From IMG/VR virus record IMGVR_UViG_3300045988_146331, positions 1-57,615 of that record: a stretch of DNA of 57,615 nt, one strand, 5' to 3'. Source of the DNA: a virus. The notes beneath the pieces are model-generated. The model was not told the origin of the DNA, searched no databases, and saw only the letters and a list, made by a program, of their open reading frames with translations. The position numbers and the translations under genes were made by a program. Below are positions 34,536 to 45,038 of this stretch, piece by piece. How positions within the stretch are numbered: position 1 is the stretch's first letter; the number at the start of each line of letters is the position of its first letter.

Positions 34536-34913
34536 ATGAGAACACAACGTAGAAATAAAAAATTAATTTATGTATGCCAAAAGTATCCCGCTGGAAATAT
34601 TACAAAATACAAACCACCTATTCCAATATATGAAAATTATGCCCCAACAAATAGTGAGAGTGATTTATTGGCGATGGGTATGGATTACCCTAAAAGATTA
34701 AGAATAAAGACTGACAATAAAATTCTATTGGCTGGTAAATGGATAGATAGAATGGAAGTATATCATGAAGGTGATCGTGTATATGTTTATGTTACACCAC
34801 CTAAAGAGCATGATATCTTATGCAAAGATGCGGATTATGAAGTAGAAACCAAGCCCATAGAAACAATTAATCAATTAGAAGTAATGTTATTCAACCGAAA
34901 TGGTAAAAATTAA
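34536..34913 (+). CDS. Head-closure / head-tail joining protein (positional call)
   Basis: Size and position. Confidence 0.45.
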   Translation: MRTQRRNKKLIYVCQKYPAGNITKYKPPIPIYENYAPTNSESDLLAMGMDYPKRLRIKTDNKILLAGKWIDRMEVYHEGDRVYVYVTPPKEHDILCKDADYEVETKPIETINQLEVMLFNRNGKN

Positions 34914-35385
34914 TATAACGTTAAATCAGTCTAGTATTAATAATGCCATTAAGCAATTAAAAGAAATAAAACAACAAATAGAAACTAAAAAAGATATAAT
35001 TGCTAAAGAAGTTGCGGAACAAGGTAAAGATTATATTGTTACTCGATATAATCAATTGCCATTTCAAAAAACTAACCCTGATCCAAAATTTTATGTAGAA
35101 AAAACATCTGCAGGTTATAGAATAGTTGGTGAAGGAAAAGGTATAGCTTTCGACGAATATGGCACAGGTGTAAATGCAACCAAGCCACATATTGGAACTA
35201 GTTCAACTTTTATCAAAAGTGGATATAATTATTGGTATTTACCTAAAGACGTTGCTAACCAATACAATAATGGAAAACGTGGTACGAGTGGACATCCAAG
35301 TGGACATTTTATGTATGACGGAAGCGTTTGGATAAAGAATAATTATAAGCGAATAGCAAAAGAAAATATGGTGAATAATAAATGA
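34900..35385 (+). CDS. Head-tail joining protein, HK97 gp10-like (positional call)
   Basis: Size and position; overlapping starts and stops. Confidence 0.45.
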   Translation: MVKINITLNQSSINNAIKQLKEIKQQIETKKDIIAKEVAEQGKDYIVTRYNQLPFQKTNPDPKFYVEKTSAGYRIVGEGKGIAFDEYGTGVNATKPHIGTSSTFIKSGYNYWYLPKDVANQYNNGKRGTSGHPSGHFMYDGSVWIKNNYKRIAKENMVNNK

Positions 35386-35858
35386 CGACATTAGTATACC
35401 AAATTAGAGATGATTTGCGTGCATTGTTTGCGGATAGTTCAGCAATGAAGAAAATATATAGTGAATATAATGATGAATATGCAGATATATTGATTAAAGA
35501 AATTTATGAAATATATCCAGATATACGATATCCAAGTATTACAATTGAAGAAATTGAAAATGTTGAAGCAGAAGAATATAATGAATACGATAGAGAAAAT
35601 AGTGAATTTGCAACTGATTTAGGTTATAGAATAGCAATTAGCTGTGAACAAACCGAGGATAAAAGTGCAAATGAAAATGTAAGAATTATCGCAAATATAA
35701 TCGATACTTATTTCAAAGGAAATCGTTATAAAGCATTGCGTCGTATTGGGAATATTCCAATCATTGCTAACGAAAGTGATACAAATATAAAAACAGGCTA
35801 CATAACATATAATTGTCGAGTTGACAATGTTAATCATACAATATATAGGAGGAAATAA
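35382..35858 (+). CDS. Tail completion/terminator protein (positional call)
   Basis: Size and position directly before the tail tube gene. Confidence 0.45.
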   Translation: MTTLVYQIRDDLRALFADSSAMKKIYSEYNDEYADILIKEIYEIYPDIRYPSITIEEIENVEAEEYNEYDRENSEFATDLGYRIAISCEQTEDKSANENVRIIANIIDTYFKGNRYKALRRIGNIPIIANESDTNIKTGYITYNCRVDNVNHTIYRRK

Positions 35859-35859
35859 T

Positions 35860-36342
35860 ATGAATAATACTATTATAAACTTATCAACTGCTGGTATTCA
35901 TTTAAGATATGCTGTAGAAGAAACGGCTGGGACTAGACCTACTGCAAAATATATTGATATTCCTGGAGTAAAATCTACACCTAGTTTAAACCCTGCTCCA
36001 GAAACAATCGAAGTAACAACTTTAAATGAAACAGAATATAAAACATACGTAGAAGGTTTAAAAGACCTAGGTGGTTCACTAGAATTTACATTCAATTTAA
36101 CTCAAGCATTAGTTGATACTTGGGATACATTATGTGAAGCGTATGAAACTGGCATAGCAGCTAAAAAGAGAACATGGTTTATGATTGATATCCCTGGTCT
36201 TACAGAAGCAATGTATTTTGTAGGGAAACCAAGTGCAATGGGCTTACCAGAAACATCTGTAAGTTCTGCATTAGAAACTACAAATTACATTACACCTATG
36301 AATGAACCCGCATTTTATGCTAAACCAACTGATGGGAAATAA
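35860..36342 (+). CDS. Major tail (tube) protein, start MNNTIINLSTAG
   Basis: GGAGGAAATAAT-ATG at 35860, in frame within ORF-track entry 35821..36342; lies before the chaperone pair. Confidence 0.65.
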   Translation: MNNTIINLSTAGIHLRYAVEETAGTRPTAKYIDIPGVKSTPSLNPAPETIEVTTLNETEYKTYVEGLKDLGGSLEFTFNLTQALVDTWDTLCEAYETGIAAKKRTWFMIDIPGLTEAMYFVGKPSAMGLPETSVSSALETTNYITPMNEPAFYAKPTDGK

Positions 36343-36361
36343 TTAAGGAAGGAAGAACGAA

Positions 36362-36688
36362 ATGAACACAAAATTACAATTTACTTATAAGGATGTACCT
36401 TATGTTTTAGAGTATAATAGAATGGCAATTAAGATATTAGAAAATCAAGGATTTTCATTATCGCAATTCTCAACTCAACCTATGACAATGGTTGAACTAG
36501 CATTCTCTGGAGCTTTTCACAAGAACCATGGAAAAACTAGTGATGCATTACGTAAAGAAATTTACGATCATATGAAAAACAAAGACGCACTTGTTAATAA
36601 ATTAATTGAAATGATTAGTGAATGTTACAATTCATTATTAGATGACGATGAGGGAAACATCGATTGGAGCGTAGCGAGCGGGAAATAG
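36362..36688 (+). CDS. Tail assembly chaperone (G-like)
   Basis: Position before the tape measure gene; slippery heptamer near its end. Confidence 0.75.
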   Translation: MNTKLQFTYKDVPYVLEYNRMAIKILENQGFSLSQFSTQPMTMVELAFSGAFHKNHGKTSDALRKEIYDHMKNKDALVNKLIEMISECYNSLLDDDEGNIDWSVASGK

Positions 36689-37098
36689 ATAATACCCAAT
36701 CGCAAGAAGAGGTTACGCTCTTAGGGCAGATTTTTGATAAATGGTGTCCTATATATATGTCGTATGGTATGACTTATGACGAATATTGGTATGATGATTG
36801 CTACAAAGCGTATTATTATGCTAAAGCATATAAAGAAAAACTAAAGTCGCAAGACGAATTTATGTGGGAACAAGGGATGTATGTATACGAAGCTATTTTA
36901 CAATGCGCTCCTATACTACATCCTTTTTCAAAATCTTCAAAACCTCTACCATATACAGATAAGCCACATTTACATAAAGTTTTTATGACAGAAGAAGAAC
37001 ACAAAAAAAATATTGAACAAGAAACGGAAAACGAAAGATTAAAGGCTTATATGTGGGCAAAAAGTTTACAAAGAATATATAAACAAAAAGATAAATAA
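36362..37098 (+). CDS. Tail assembly chaperone frameshift fusion (G-T-like)
   Basis: Overlapping -1 ORF 36664..37098 with no independent RBS; canonical siphovirus arrangement. Confidence 0.65.
36652..36658 (+). promoter_or_regulatory. -1 programmed frameshift slippery site G_GGA_AAC
   Basis: In the zero frame it reads GAG GGA AAC. After a -1 slip it reads GGG AAA CAT CGA TTG GAG CGT..., which is the frame of ORF 36664..37098. Confidence 0.7.
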
Positions 37099-37107
37099 TG
37101 GAGGTGA

Positions 37108-39843
37108 TTGATTATAGCAACTGAAACAATAGATAAATTAACAATTGATATTGATACTCAAGCTAATCAAGACACTGCAAATATAGACAATCTTATTTCA
37201 AAATTGGAAAAATTAAATGACGTTTTAAGTAGTACTAATGTAAGTAGTGTATTAGAAGCGTTGAATAATATATCTACAAAAGCTAATGAAGTAACTACAA
37301 ATCTTAATAAAATCAATAATGTTAACTTTACAATCGTGCGAACTAACATGACTACTATATTAGATAAATTGACTGCAATATCCGCGAAAGCGAATGATGC
37401 TAATACAAGTATAAGTAATTTAGGTAGTGGTACTAAACCTAAAACAAGTGGAAAGACTGAAACAAAAATAACCACTACTATAGAACAACCATTGTTTGAT
37501 GAAATGTGGAAAAATGCAGATAATGCCGCAAAGAAAGTACAAGCCATATTTAAAAACTTAGGAATAGGTATCGCTAATGCGTTAAAAGGTGCTATGGGTG
37601 GTGTTAAAAATGCTATTGGCGGAGGAATAAAAGCCGGAGCATCCACTGCCAAAATTGGTTTAACAAGTTTAGTCAGTGCTGGAGGTAAAGGTTTAAAATC
37701 CATGACTTCTAGCGCGATGGGCTTTGCTGGAAAATTATTACATATCCAAAAAAGTGCTGCGACTACAGGAGGAACATTATTAAAAAGTTTCAATAAGAAT
37801 GTTGTCAATCGTGTTAAGTTATTTAGTTTAGCATTATTGGGTGCAAGATCCGCATTTACTGCAATACGAAAAGCTGCTAGTGAATATATGAATTATGACA
37901 CTGCATTAAGCGACACCCTACAGAACAACTGGGCTGTATTAGGTAGTATAATGGCACCGGTTTTAGAAAAATTGATATCGTTATTTAGTACTGCCGTTGC
38001 ATATATTGTAAATTTCATAAAAGTATTGACTGGGATAGATGTCGTTGCTAGAGCCAATGCGAAAGCATTAGATTCACAATCTAAATCCGCAAAAAACGCA
38101 TTAGGGAATCTTGCTAAGTTCGACGATTTAAATGTAGTTGATTTTGATAAAGGTAGTGATACATTATCACCATTAACAATTGATACTATTGATACCAAAC
38201 CATTAGATGACTTCATGGCAAAAATAAAAGATAACGATTGGTATGGACTTGGTATGGAAATATCAAGAAAATTCAATGAAGGTTTGGCATTAATTAATTT
38301 TGACGAAGTTATCGAAAAAGCGGCTCAATTTGGAACAAATTTTAGTGATTTATTAAATGGGCTAATCGATGGCATGGATTGGGAACAACTAGGCTCAAAA
38401 TTTGGGCAAGGGTTACAAGCTATTGTTAGTGCGTTATATAATTTCATTTATGGTACAAATTGGGGAACATTTGGTAATGGTATCGGAACAGCATTAGTTA
38501 ATGCAATGGATAACATTGATTTTACACAATTGGGAGCCGTTTTAACAGGAAAGTTTAATGGTGTAGTAGAATTTTTAGCTGGATTCGTTAGCACACCAGA
38601 TTTATGGTCAAATTTAGGTATAAGTCTTGCCGATGGATTTAACGGGGCTTGGGATAGTATTGATTGGAATGCATTAGCTACTTTAATAAATGATGGAATA
38701 AAAGGCGTATTAGATTCTGCTCTTGTTTTCTTACAAAATGTCAATTGGGAACAAGTTGGATTGGATATTTGGAATTTCATTGCATCCATAGATTGGGCAG
38801 GAATTGTATCTAAACTGGCTGAATTGTTAGGTGCGTCTATTGCTGGCATGGGGCAATTATTATGGGGATTTATTGAAACTGCGGTATCAGACATTGGGAA
38901 TTATTTCAGTGAAAAAATGGATGAATGCGGTGGCGACATCATCGGTGGATTATTCAAAGGTATCATAGATGCTATTGCTGGAATTGGTCAATGGCTATAT
39001 GACAACGTATTTTCACCATTTATAGATGGGTTTAAAGAGATGTTTGGCATTCATTCACCAAGTACTGTAATGGCGGAAATGGGTACTTATTTAGTCGAAG
39101 GGCTTAAAAATGGTTTACTTGGAATTTGGGATAGTGTTAAGAGTATTTTCACAGACTTAGGTAATAATATTAGTGAGAAATTTACTAATATCATGGGTAA
39201 TATTAAAGAAATATTTAGCATTGATAATATTAAGCGCCACTTTACAGAAGTTGTTAATGCAATTAAAAATGTATTTAGTAATATTCCAAATTGGTTTAAA
39301 GATAAATTTAGTGAAGCATGGACAAAAGTTAAGAACGTATTCTCAACTGGTGGGAAAATATTTACCGGTATCACAGATGGTATTGGAAACTTATTTAAAA
39401 CCGTGGTAAATGGCATTATTGGTGGTCTAAACAAAATTATCGCTGTACCATTTAACTCTATTAATGGAATTTTAAACAAGATTAAAAATATTAGTTTCCT
39501 TGGCATTTCCCCATTTAAAGGTTTATGGAAAGAAAACTTATTATCTGTACCACAAATACCTAAATTAGCAACAGGTACAAATAAAATCGAATATGAAGGT
39601 TTATATCACTTGCATAAAGACGAGGCTGTTGTACCAAAGAAATATAACCCTGCTGTTAACAATAAAGTATACGATGATAATAATGAAAAAATTATTACAA
39701 AAATAGGAGAATTGATCGATACAATTAAAAATCAAGAAACAACTAATATCATTAATGTTGGTGGTAAAACAATGTATAAGCAATCACTAACTTATGCTAA
39801 TAGGCAAGCCAACATTACTGGTGAAAATATGATAAATGTATAG
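37108..39843 (+). CDS. Tape measure protein (TTG start)
   Basis: 911 aa, Gly/Ala/Ile-rich helical repeats, GGAGGTGA RBS. Confidence 0.85.
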   Translation: MIIATETIDKLTIDIDTQANQDTANIDNLISKLEKLNDVLSSTNVSSVLEALNNISTKANEVTTNLNKINNVNFTIVRTNMTTILDKLTAISAKANDANTSISNLGSGTKPKTSGKTETKITTTIEQPLFDEMWKNADNAAKKVQAIFKNLGIGIANALKGAMGGVKNAIGGGIKAGASTAKIGLTSLVSAGGKGLKSMTSSAMGFAGKLLHIQKSAATTGGTLLKSFNKNVVNRVKLFSLALLGARSAFTAIRKAASEYMNYDTALSDTLQNNWAVLGSIMAPVLEKLISLFSTAVAYIVNFIKVLTGIDVVARANAKALDSQSKSAKNALGNLAKFDDLNVVDFDKGSDTLSPLTIDTIDTKPLDDFMAKIKDNDWYGLGMEISRKFNEGLALINFDEVIEKAAQFGTNFSDLLNGLIDGMDWEQLGSKFGQGLQAIVSALYNFIYGTNWGTFGNGIGTALVNAMDNIDFTQLGAVLTGKFNGVVEFLAGFVSTPDLWSNLGISLADGFNGAWDSIDWNALATLINDGIKGVLDSALVFLQNVNWEQVGLDIWNFIASIDWAGIVSKLAELLGASIAGMGQLLWGFIETAVSDIGNYFSEKMDECGGDIIGGLFKGIIDAIAGIGQWLYDNVFSPFIDGFKEMFGIHSPSTVMAEMGTYLVEGLKNGLLGIWDSVKSIFTDLGNNISEKFTNIMGNIKEIFSIDNIKRHFTEVVNAIKNVFSNIPNWFKDKFSEAWTKVKNVFSTGGKIFTGITDGIGNLFKTVVNGIIGGLNKIIAVPFNSINGILNKIKNISFLGISPFKGLWKENLLSVPQIPKLATGTNKIEYEGLYHLHKDEAVVPKKYNPAVNNKVYDDNNEKIITKIGELIDTIKNQETTNIINVGGKTMYKQSLTYANRQANITGENMINV

Positions 39844-39851
39844 GAGGAATC

Positions 39852-40253
39852 ATGAGTAATTTTAAAGGATATTATATGAAGTGTAATGGGTGTACTTTCC
39901 AAGATCCTGCTATATCTAGGGAAGGATATGAATTCTTCCCCTATCTTATTCAGGTTGCAGATTCGGGACAAGTCGCAAGTGGGAAATTGACAATAAAAGT
40001 ATTACCACATATTAGACGAAAAATAAACTTAACTTTCCCACCTATGACACCTGAACAATTTAGAGTATATTCCAATGCGTTAAGATTTAAAGAAAAAGGA
40101 AAAGGTATGTATTTAACAATAGAAGCATATGACGATGATAGTGATACTTATATTACAGATACGTATTATCATAATGATATTGGATATAAACCTGTATTTT
40201 TAAATGGCAAACGTATGCTACAAATAAATAGTTTTAGCCTTATTGGGCATTAG
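39852..40253 (+). CDS. Distal-tail/baseplate protein (positional call)
   Basis: First gene after the tape measure. Confidence 0.45.
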   Translation: MSNFKGYYMKCNGCTFQDPAISREGYEFFPYLIQVADSGQVASGKLTIKVLPHIRRKINLTFPPMTPEQFRVYSNALRFKEKGKGMYLTIEAYDDDSDTYITDTYYHNDIGYKPVFLNGKRMLQINSFSLIGH

Positions 40254-42418
40254 TGGGTGAATATATGAACGAAAGAGATATCCAAAACTTTTTAGACCAA
40301 GGGTCTATTGTTGAAACAAAAATGGTTATATATGATAAAGCTGATAAAGATAATAGTATTACAATTACGGGATACGATAGTGTAAAATCATGGGAACACA
40401 ATGAAACGAGATACTTGGAAAAATATGGAATAATTGGACGATTTGTCGCAAGAGAATTAACATGCGAATTGCAAAATATCACAGACGATTTTTCCGTTCA
40501 AGACAAATATATTGATTTGTATATAGGTTCTAAACAAGTTAGTAGAGGTTTACAATTATATGATTTTGAAAACGTGCGGGAAATTACTAAAGGTATAACT
40601 GTAGATAATAATGGTTGGATAACAATAGATTATGATAATACAAATGGCACAAGTACAAAATATTTTAATTACTATACTCATAATTTAGATTTAAAACCGA
40701 ATACTAATTATGCAATTGTTACAGAAATAAAAGATGTGTTTGGTACGGGAAGTGTGTTACCTATATCATTACTACCAAATAACAATCCTGTACAATTTTC
40801 ACGAGGCATTGACTATCGTTTCGCTGATTTGTTACCAAATGAAACTCATATAGAAACTCGTTCTACTATAGAAACATTTGCAACTGCTGATTTAGGTTTA
40901 AGAACTTTTATAGCATTTGGTGTAGGACAAAAAGGTTCAATTACATTTAGACTTTCTGTTAGAGAAAATACAAACCTAACACCAGAACAATTCGTATATG
41001 ATCCATATCCAAAAGATACTACATTCTATTCGATGGGAACATTCATTGTTGAAAAACCAGATGACGACGAAGTAGTAGATGCTACAAAGTTTACAGCAAG
41101 TGATTTTACAACATTATTTAATGCTGAATTTGATAGCTCTTATACGGACGAACAATATGAAGATTCGTTTGACGAATTACTAGAAAACGGCGAACCAATT
41201 ACTGCCTTATGGCTAGCTCAATATACATGTAAACAAGTTGGTGTAGAACTCGCAACAACTGATTTTACCAATAATAGTTTCATTATCACTAGCAATCAAT
41301 TCACAAATGGTGATAGTTGCCGAGATGTCATGAAAGCAATTGGTATGTTAGCATTTTCGTGGGTTCGTATTGGATGGGACAACAAATGTTATATTGATTT
41401 TAGTGTAAAAAATTCTGTAACAAATAATTATGATGTAATTGACAACGATAATTATTATTCATTAGTTACACAAAATAAACAATATGGCGCAATAAATAAA
41501 GTAACTGTTGGACTAAGTAATGTTGAAGGTGAATCATTTTCAGTACAAGATAGTGCTGATATTTTGGAACATGGTGTTCATGAACTAAGAATAATGGATA
41601 ATCCATTATTATATACAAGTGAACTTAGAAGTTTGGGTATTGCTGGTGGAGAACGCTTATTTGGTTTAAAATACGTTCCTTTTGAAGCTGAGACAATTGG
41701 ACATGTATGGTTGAGTGGGGATGAGTTAATAAAACTTGTTAATATGGAAAACGAAGAGTATTTGACATATCCTCTTAATCGTATAATATCGTATAGTGGA
41801 TATATTAAAACAACATTAAGCGCCGATGCTGAGACAGATGTTGAAAGTGATTATGATTATAATGGTACTGGTAAGCTGTCGAAAAACGTTTCTAATGCAA
41901 CATTGGCAATCGATAGAGCTAATTCGAGAATAACAGGTACAATAACAAGCATTAATGCTATAAATACAAATTTAAATAACAACTATTACACAAAAAGCGA
42001 AAATGACGCAACAACTAAAGCTAATCAAGATAGTATAAATCATATTCAAGAAGTACAAAATAGCTTTAGTTTAGATTTAGAAGGTTTCAAAGTTCAATTA
42101 AATAATAATACCGACAAGATAACAAACATGGGATATAACTTTCAAACAGACGGATTACACATTTTAACAAATACCGATAAAAATAATGCAACATTGGATA
42201 ATAATGGGTTACAAGTGCGAAACTATGATACTTTACTAGCTATTTATAATAATAATGGGTCTGGTGTTGCGAAATTAATTGTAACAGGTGATAGCCAAAT
42301 AGGTTATATGAAAACAATGAAAAGAACTATTACTAGAAATGGAAAGAGTGAAAAAGTTACTAGTGAATTCTATTTACGAGATTTAATAGAAGATTTAGAA
42401 GATTTAGAAAACAATTAA
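40253..42418 (+). CDS. Tail-associated/baseplate hub protein (ATG at 40265 is the more likely start)
   Basis: 721 aa after the distal-tail-position gene. Confidence 0.6.
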   Translation: MGEYMNERDIQNFLDQGSIVETKMVIYDKADKDNSITITGYDSVKSWEHNETRYLEKYGIIGRFVARELTCELQNITDDFSVQDKYIDLYIGSKQVSRGLQLYDFENVREITKGITVDNNGWITIDYDNTNGTSTKYFNYYTHNLDLKPNTNYAIVTEIKDVFGTGSVLPISLLPNNNPVQFSRGIDYRFADLLPNETHIETRSTIETFATADLGLRTFIAFGVGQKGSITFRLSVRENTNLTPEQFVYDPYPKDTTFYSMGTFIVEKPDDDEVVDATKFTASDFTTLFNAEFDSSYTDEQYEDSFDELLENGEPITALWLAQYTCKQVGVELATTDFTNNSFIITSNQFTNGDSCRDVMKAIGMLAFSWVRIGWDNKCYIDFSVKNSVTNNYDVIDNDNYYSLVTQNKQYGAINKVTVGLSNVEGESFSVQDSADILEHGVHELRIMDNPLLYTSELRSLGIAGGERLFGLKYVPFEAETIGHVWLSGDELIKLVNMENEEYLTYPLNRIISYSGYIKTTLSADAETDVESDYDYNGTGKLSKNVSNATLAIDRANSRITGTITSINAINTNLNNNYYTKSENDATTKANQDSINHIQEVQNSFSLDLEGFKVQLNNNTDKITNMGYNFQTDGLHILTNTDKNNATLDNNGLQVRNYDTLLAIYNNNGSGVAKLIVTGDSQIGYMKTMKRTITRNGKSEKVTSEFYLRDLIEDLEDLENN

Positions 42419-42431
42419 AGAGGTGTAAACA

Positions 42432-44186
42432 ATGGCTGCAAATAATACAAAATTATATCCACCTGCATCCAGAAAATATGGATATACATTATCAATAGAG
42501 GGATATGAGGTAGGTGATTCTTGGAATATAGCAAATAATACAAGTAATATTTACATTAATGGCACAATAAGTGCCCCTGGAACAGCGTCATTTTCTACAA
42601 ACTCAAATCATACTTTACAAATCTATTATTATGATAATAACACATATCCAAATGGTATGTTGGTTAATGAAACAGTTGTAAAATCATTAAATAAAAATCA
42701 GTCTGTAAATGTAAGTGCTACAATACAAGTTGGGCATCAAGTAGATGGTAGTCTAAATGCAAAATTAGAAGCAAGATGGATAAAATCAGGAACAAATCAA
42801 TATGTACCAGTTAGTGGTAGTGTTGAAACATCTTGGTTCTCTTGTTATACAATACCTCGTGCAAGTACATTATCTATTTATGACTTTTATGTTGAAGATG
42901 GTTTGACAATACGTGTCAGTAGAGCTAGTAATACATTTGTTCATAATTTGTATTATCAATATCAAGGACAAGCGAAAAAACTATTAGCAACTGGTATCGG
43001 TACTGAATACAATTGGCAACCAAATGTCGAAGAGTTCTATGGATACATTACATCATCAAGTTTAAGTGGTTCGCTTACAATTTTTTGCGAAACATATAAT
43101 AATGGAACCAAGATAGGTGATTCACAGCAAACATGTATCGTTAAAATGAAAGAGTATACACCAACATTAAGTTTGAAATCAATTAAAGATATAAACCCTA
43201 CAACTACAGCATTAACTGGTAATGAAAATAAAATGATACTCGGCAATAGTAACGTTCAAATTGAAACGGAATATTCTACTAAAACTGGGGCAAGTATCAA
43301 TATCTATACTGTACAAAATGGCAATGATACCATTACGGATAACCCTGGAATTTTTGAAAAGCCGAGTAGTTCTAAATTTATAGTTACAGTTATTGATACA
43401 AGAAATAGATCGAGATCTATTGAAGTAAATATGAGTGTCCAAGAATATACAGATTTAATATTTAAAAAATGGTCGATAGATAGAAAAGAAGCTACATCAA
43501 ATACTATTCACGTAAATTTCACATTATCGTATTTTAATGGAAACTTTGGAGTAGCAAATAACACATTAGGTGGTAATACTACGGCAAATAAAGGAACAAT
43601 TAAATTACAATATATGGAAGGTACTACGGGAAATTGGCAAGACTTAGACGATATTATTGTGGATATTCCAAGTAACTCAAATGAAATTACTTATGACGGA
43701 GATATAGCACATACATTTAATTATAACAAAGCTTTCCAAATAAGATTAAGTACATTCGATAAACTCAAATCCACGTATATAAGTAGCTATGTTACCCAAG
43801 GTATCCCATTGATTGATAAAGGTGATGGTTTTGTAGACATCCATGGAGAACTTACGACTACTACGTTTAAAATGGCATTGGACGAAAGCTATAAATATAA
43901 AGCGGAGTTTTCTGCACCTATGTTTATTCCTAATGAGCAATATAGTGGAGATTTAAATGATTTACAAGTGATTGGTTTTTATAATATCACATGGGGAGCA
44001 ACAAATACACCTTATGACGAAAATATAGTCGGTTTATGTATTGTATTAGGCGCAACTCCTGTATATACATATAATACAGCATTCTATCAAATATTTTTTG
44101 CAAAAGATGGGGATATATATTATCGTACGTCAAATTCTTCAACCCAATGGACAGACTGGAAAACAATTAGAGCAATTATAGGTTAA
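42432..44186 (+). CDS. Baseplate/tail-tip structural protein
   Basis: 584 aa, Asn/Thr/Ser-rich beta-type composition. Confidence 0.55.
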   Translation: MAANNTKLYPPASRKYGYTLSIEGYEVGDSWNIANNTSNIYINGTISAPGTASFSTNSNHTLQIYYYDNNTYPNGMLVNETVVKSLNKNQSVNVSATIQVGHQVDGSLNAKLEARWIKSGTNQYVPVSGSVETSWFSCYTIPRASTLSIYDFYVEDGLTIRVSRASNTFVHNLYYQYQGQAKKLLATGIGTEYNWQPNVEEFYGYITSSSLSGSLTIFCETYNNGTKIGDSQQTCIVKMKEYTPTLSLKSIKDINPTTTALTGNENKMILGNSNVQIETEYSTKTGASINIYTVQNGNDTITDNPGIFEKPSSSKFIVTVIDTRNRSRSIEVNMSVQEYTDLIFKKWSIDRKEATSNTIHVNFTLSYFNGNFGVANNTLGGNTTANKGTIKLQYMEGTTGNWQDLDDIIVDIPSNSNEITYDGDIAHTFNYNKAFQIRLSTFDKLKSTYISSYVTQGIPLIDKGDGFVDIHGELTTTTFKMALDESYKYKAEFSAPMFIPNEQYSGDLNDLQVIGFYNITWGATNTPYDENIVGLCIVLGATPVYTYNTAFYQIFFAKDGDIYYRTSNSSTQWTDWKTIRAIIG

Positions 44187-44194
44187 CTATTAAT

Positions 44195-44223
44195 TTGCTA
44201 AAAATAAAAATATATTGTATAAT
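44195..44223 (+). promoter_or_regulatory. Promoter TTGCTA-17-TATAAT
   Basis: TTGCTAaaaataaaaatatattgTATAAT. Confidence 0.6.
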
Positions 44224-44243
44224 ATAATAGAAAGGATTTTACT

Positions 44244-45038
44244 ATGAGAAAAGATATTTTAATACAACTTGACAATTTTGGTAACGCTTGCGATTATAAT
44301 AAAGTTATTGGAATCAATGGGGAAAATTTACAAGGTAAACTTTCTTTCATATTAGATACACCAATTAAAGGTGTAGGCTATATTGAAGTATTACATGATG
44401 AAGTTGCAGAATTAATTCCTGCTGAAACAGATGATTATCGTACATATTATATAAATATCAAGAATAATCTTTTAAAATATTCTAAATTCTATTTTCAATT
44501 ACGTATAAATGAAGATAGTGAAACAACTTATCCTGTTTTCAAAAGTGTAATGTTAACTGGATATGTAGGCGACGCAATAAATGCTAGTGAAATTATTCCT
44601 GACCCATATCCAGATTGGGTATCAAAAGCGGATGCACAACTTGAAAAATATAAAAAACAAGAAGAAAAAAGAGAAGCAAACGAAAAACAACGAAATGAAA
44701 ATGAAAATATAAGAAAAGAAAACGAAAATACCCGTATTACCAACGAAAAAGCAAGAGAGACATATATAAATAATTTAAAGCAAAGCGTTGATAGTGGGGC
44801 ATTTAATGGTGCTGATTTTAATTATAAATGGGACGGCACAAAATTAGGTGTTAAAAATTCTAAAGAGACTGAGTATGAATATACTGATTTAAAAGGTGAG
44901 CAAGGAGAAAAAGGCGATTGTAATTTTGCAACATTTACGATCGAATATGCTTCTGGACTATTAATTATGAATAAAATGGAAGGCTTGCTTTTAGATTTTC
45001 AATTAAATACTAATGGAGAAATAGAGGTGTTAATTTAA
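44244..45038 (+). CDS. Tail fibre/baseplate accessory protein
   Basis: Central charged coiled segment EKREANEKQRNENENIRKENENTRITNEKARE. Confidence 0.5.
   Translation: MRKDILIQLDNFGNACDYNKVIGINGENLQGKLSFILDTPIKGVGYIEVLHDEVAELIPAETDDYRTYYINIKNNLLKYSKFYFQLRINEDSETTYPVFKSVMLTGYVGDAINASEIIPDPYPDWVSKADAQLEKYKKQEEKREANEKQRNENENIRKENENTRITNEKARETYINNLKQSVDSGAFNGADFNYKWDGTKLGVKNSKETEYEYTDLKGEQGEKGDCNFATFTIEYASGLLIMNKMEGLLLDFQLNTNGEIEVLI

Noticed and set aside
37167-39783. Minus-strand ORFs inside the tape measure gene (37167..37808, 37893..38276, 38448..38894, 39087..39506, 39601..39783). Similar antisense ORFs occur in the portal, scaffold, fibre, helicase, prim-pol and ligase genes.
   Set aside because: They are antisense shadows of long, well-supported genes. 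They have low-complexity composition, no RBS and no operon logic.
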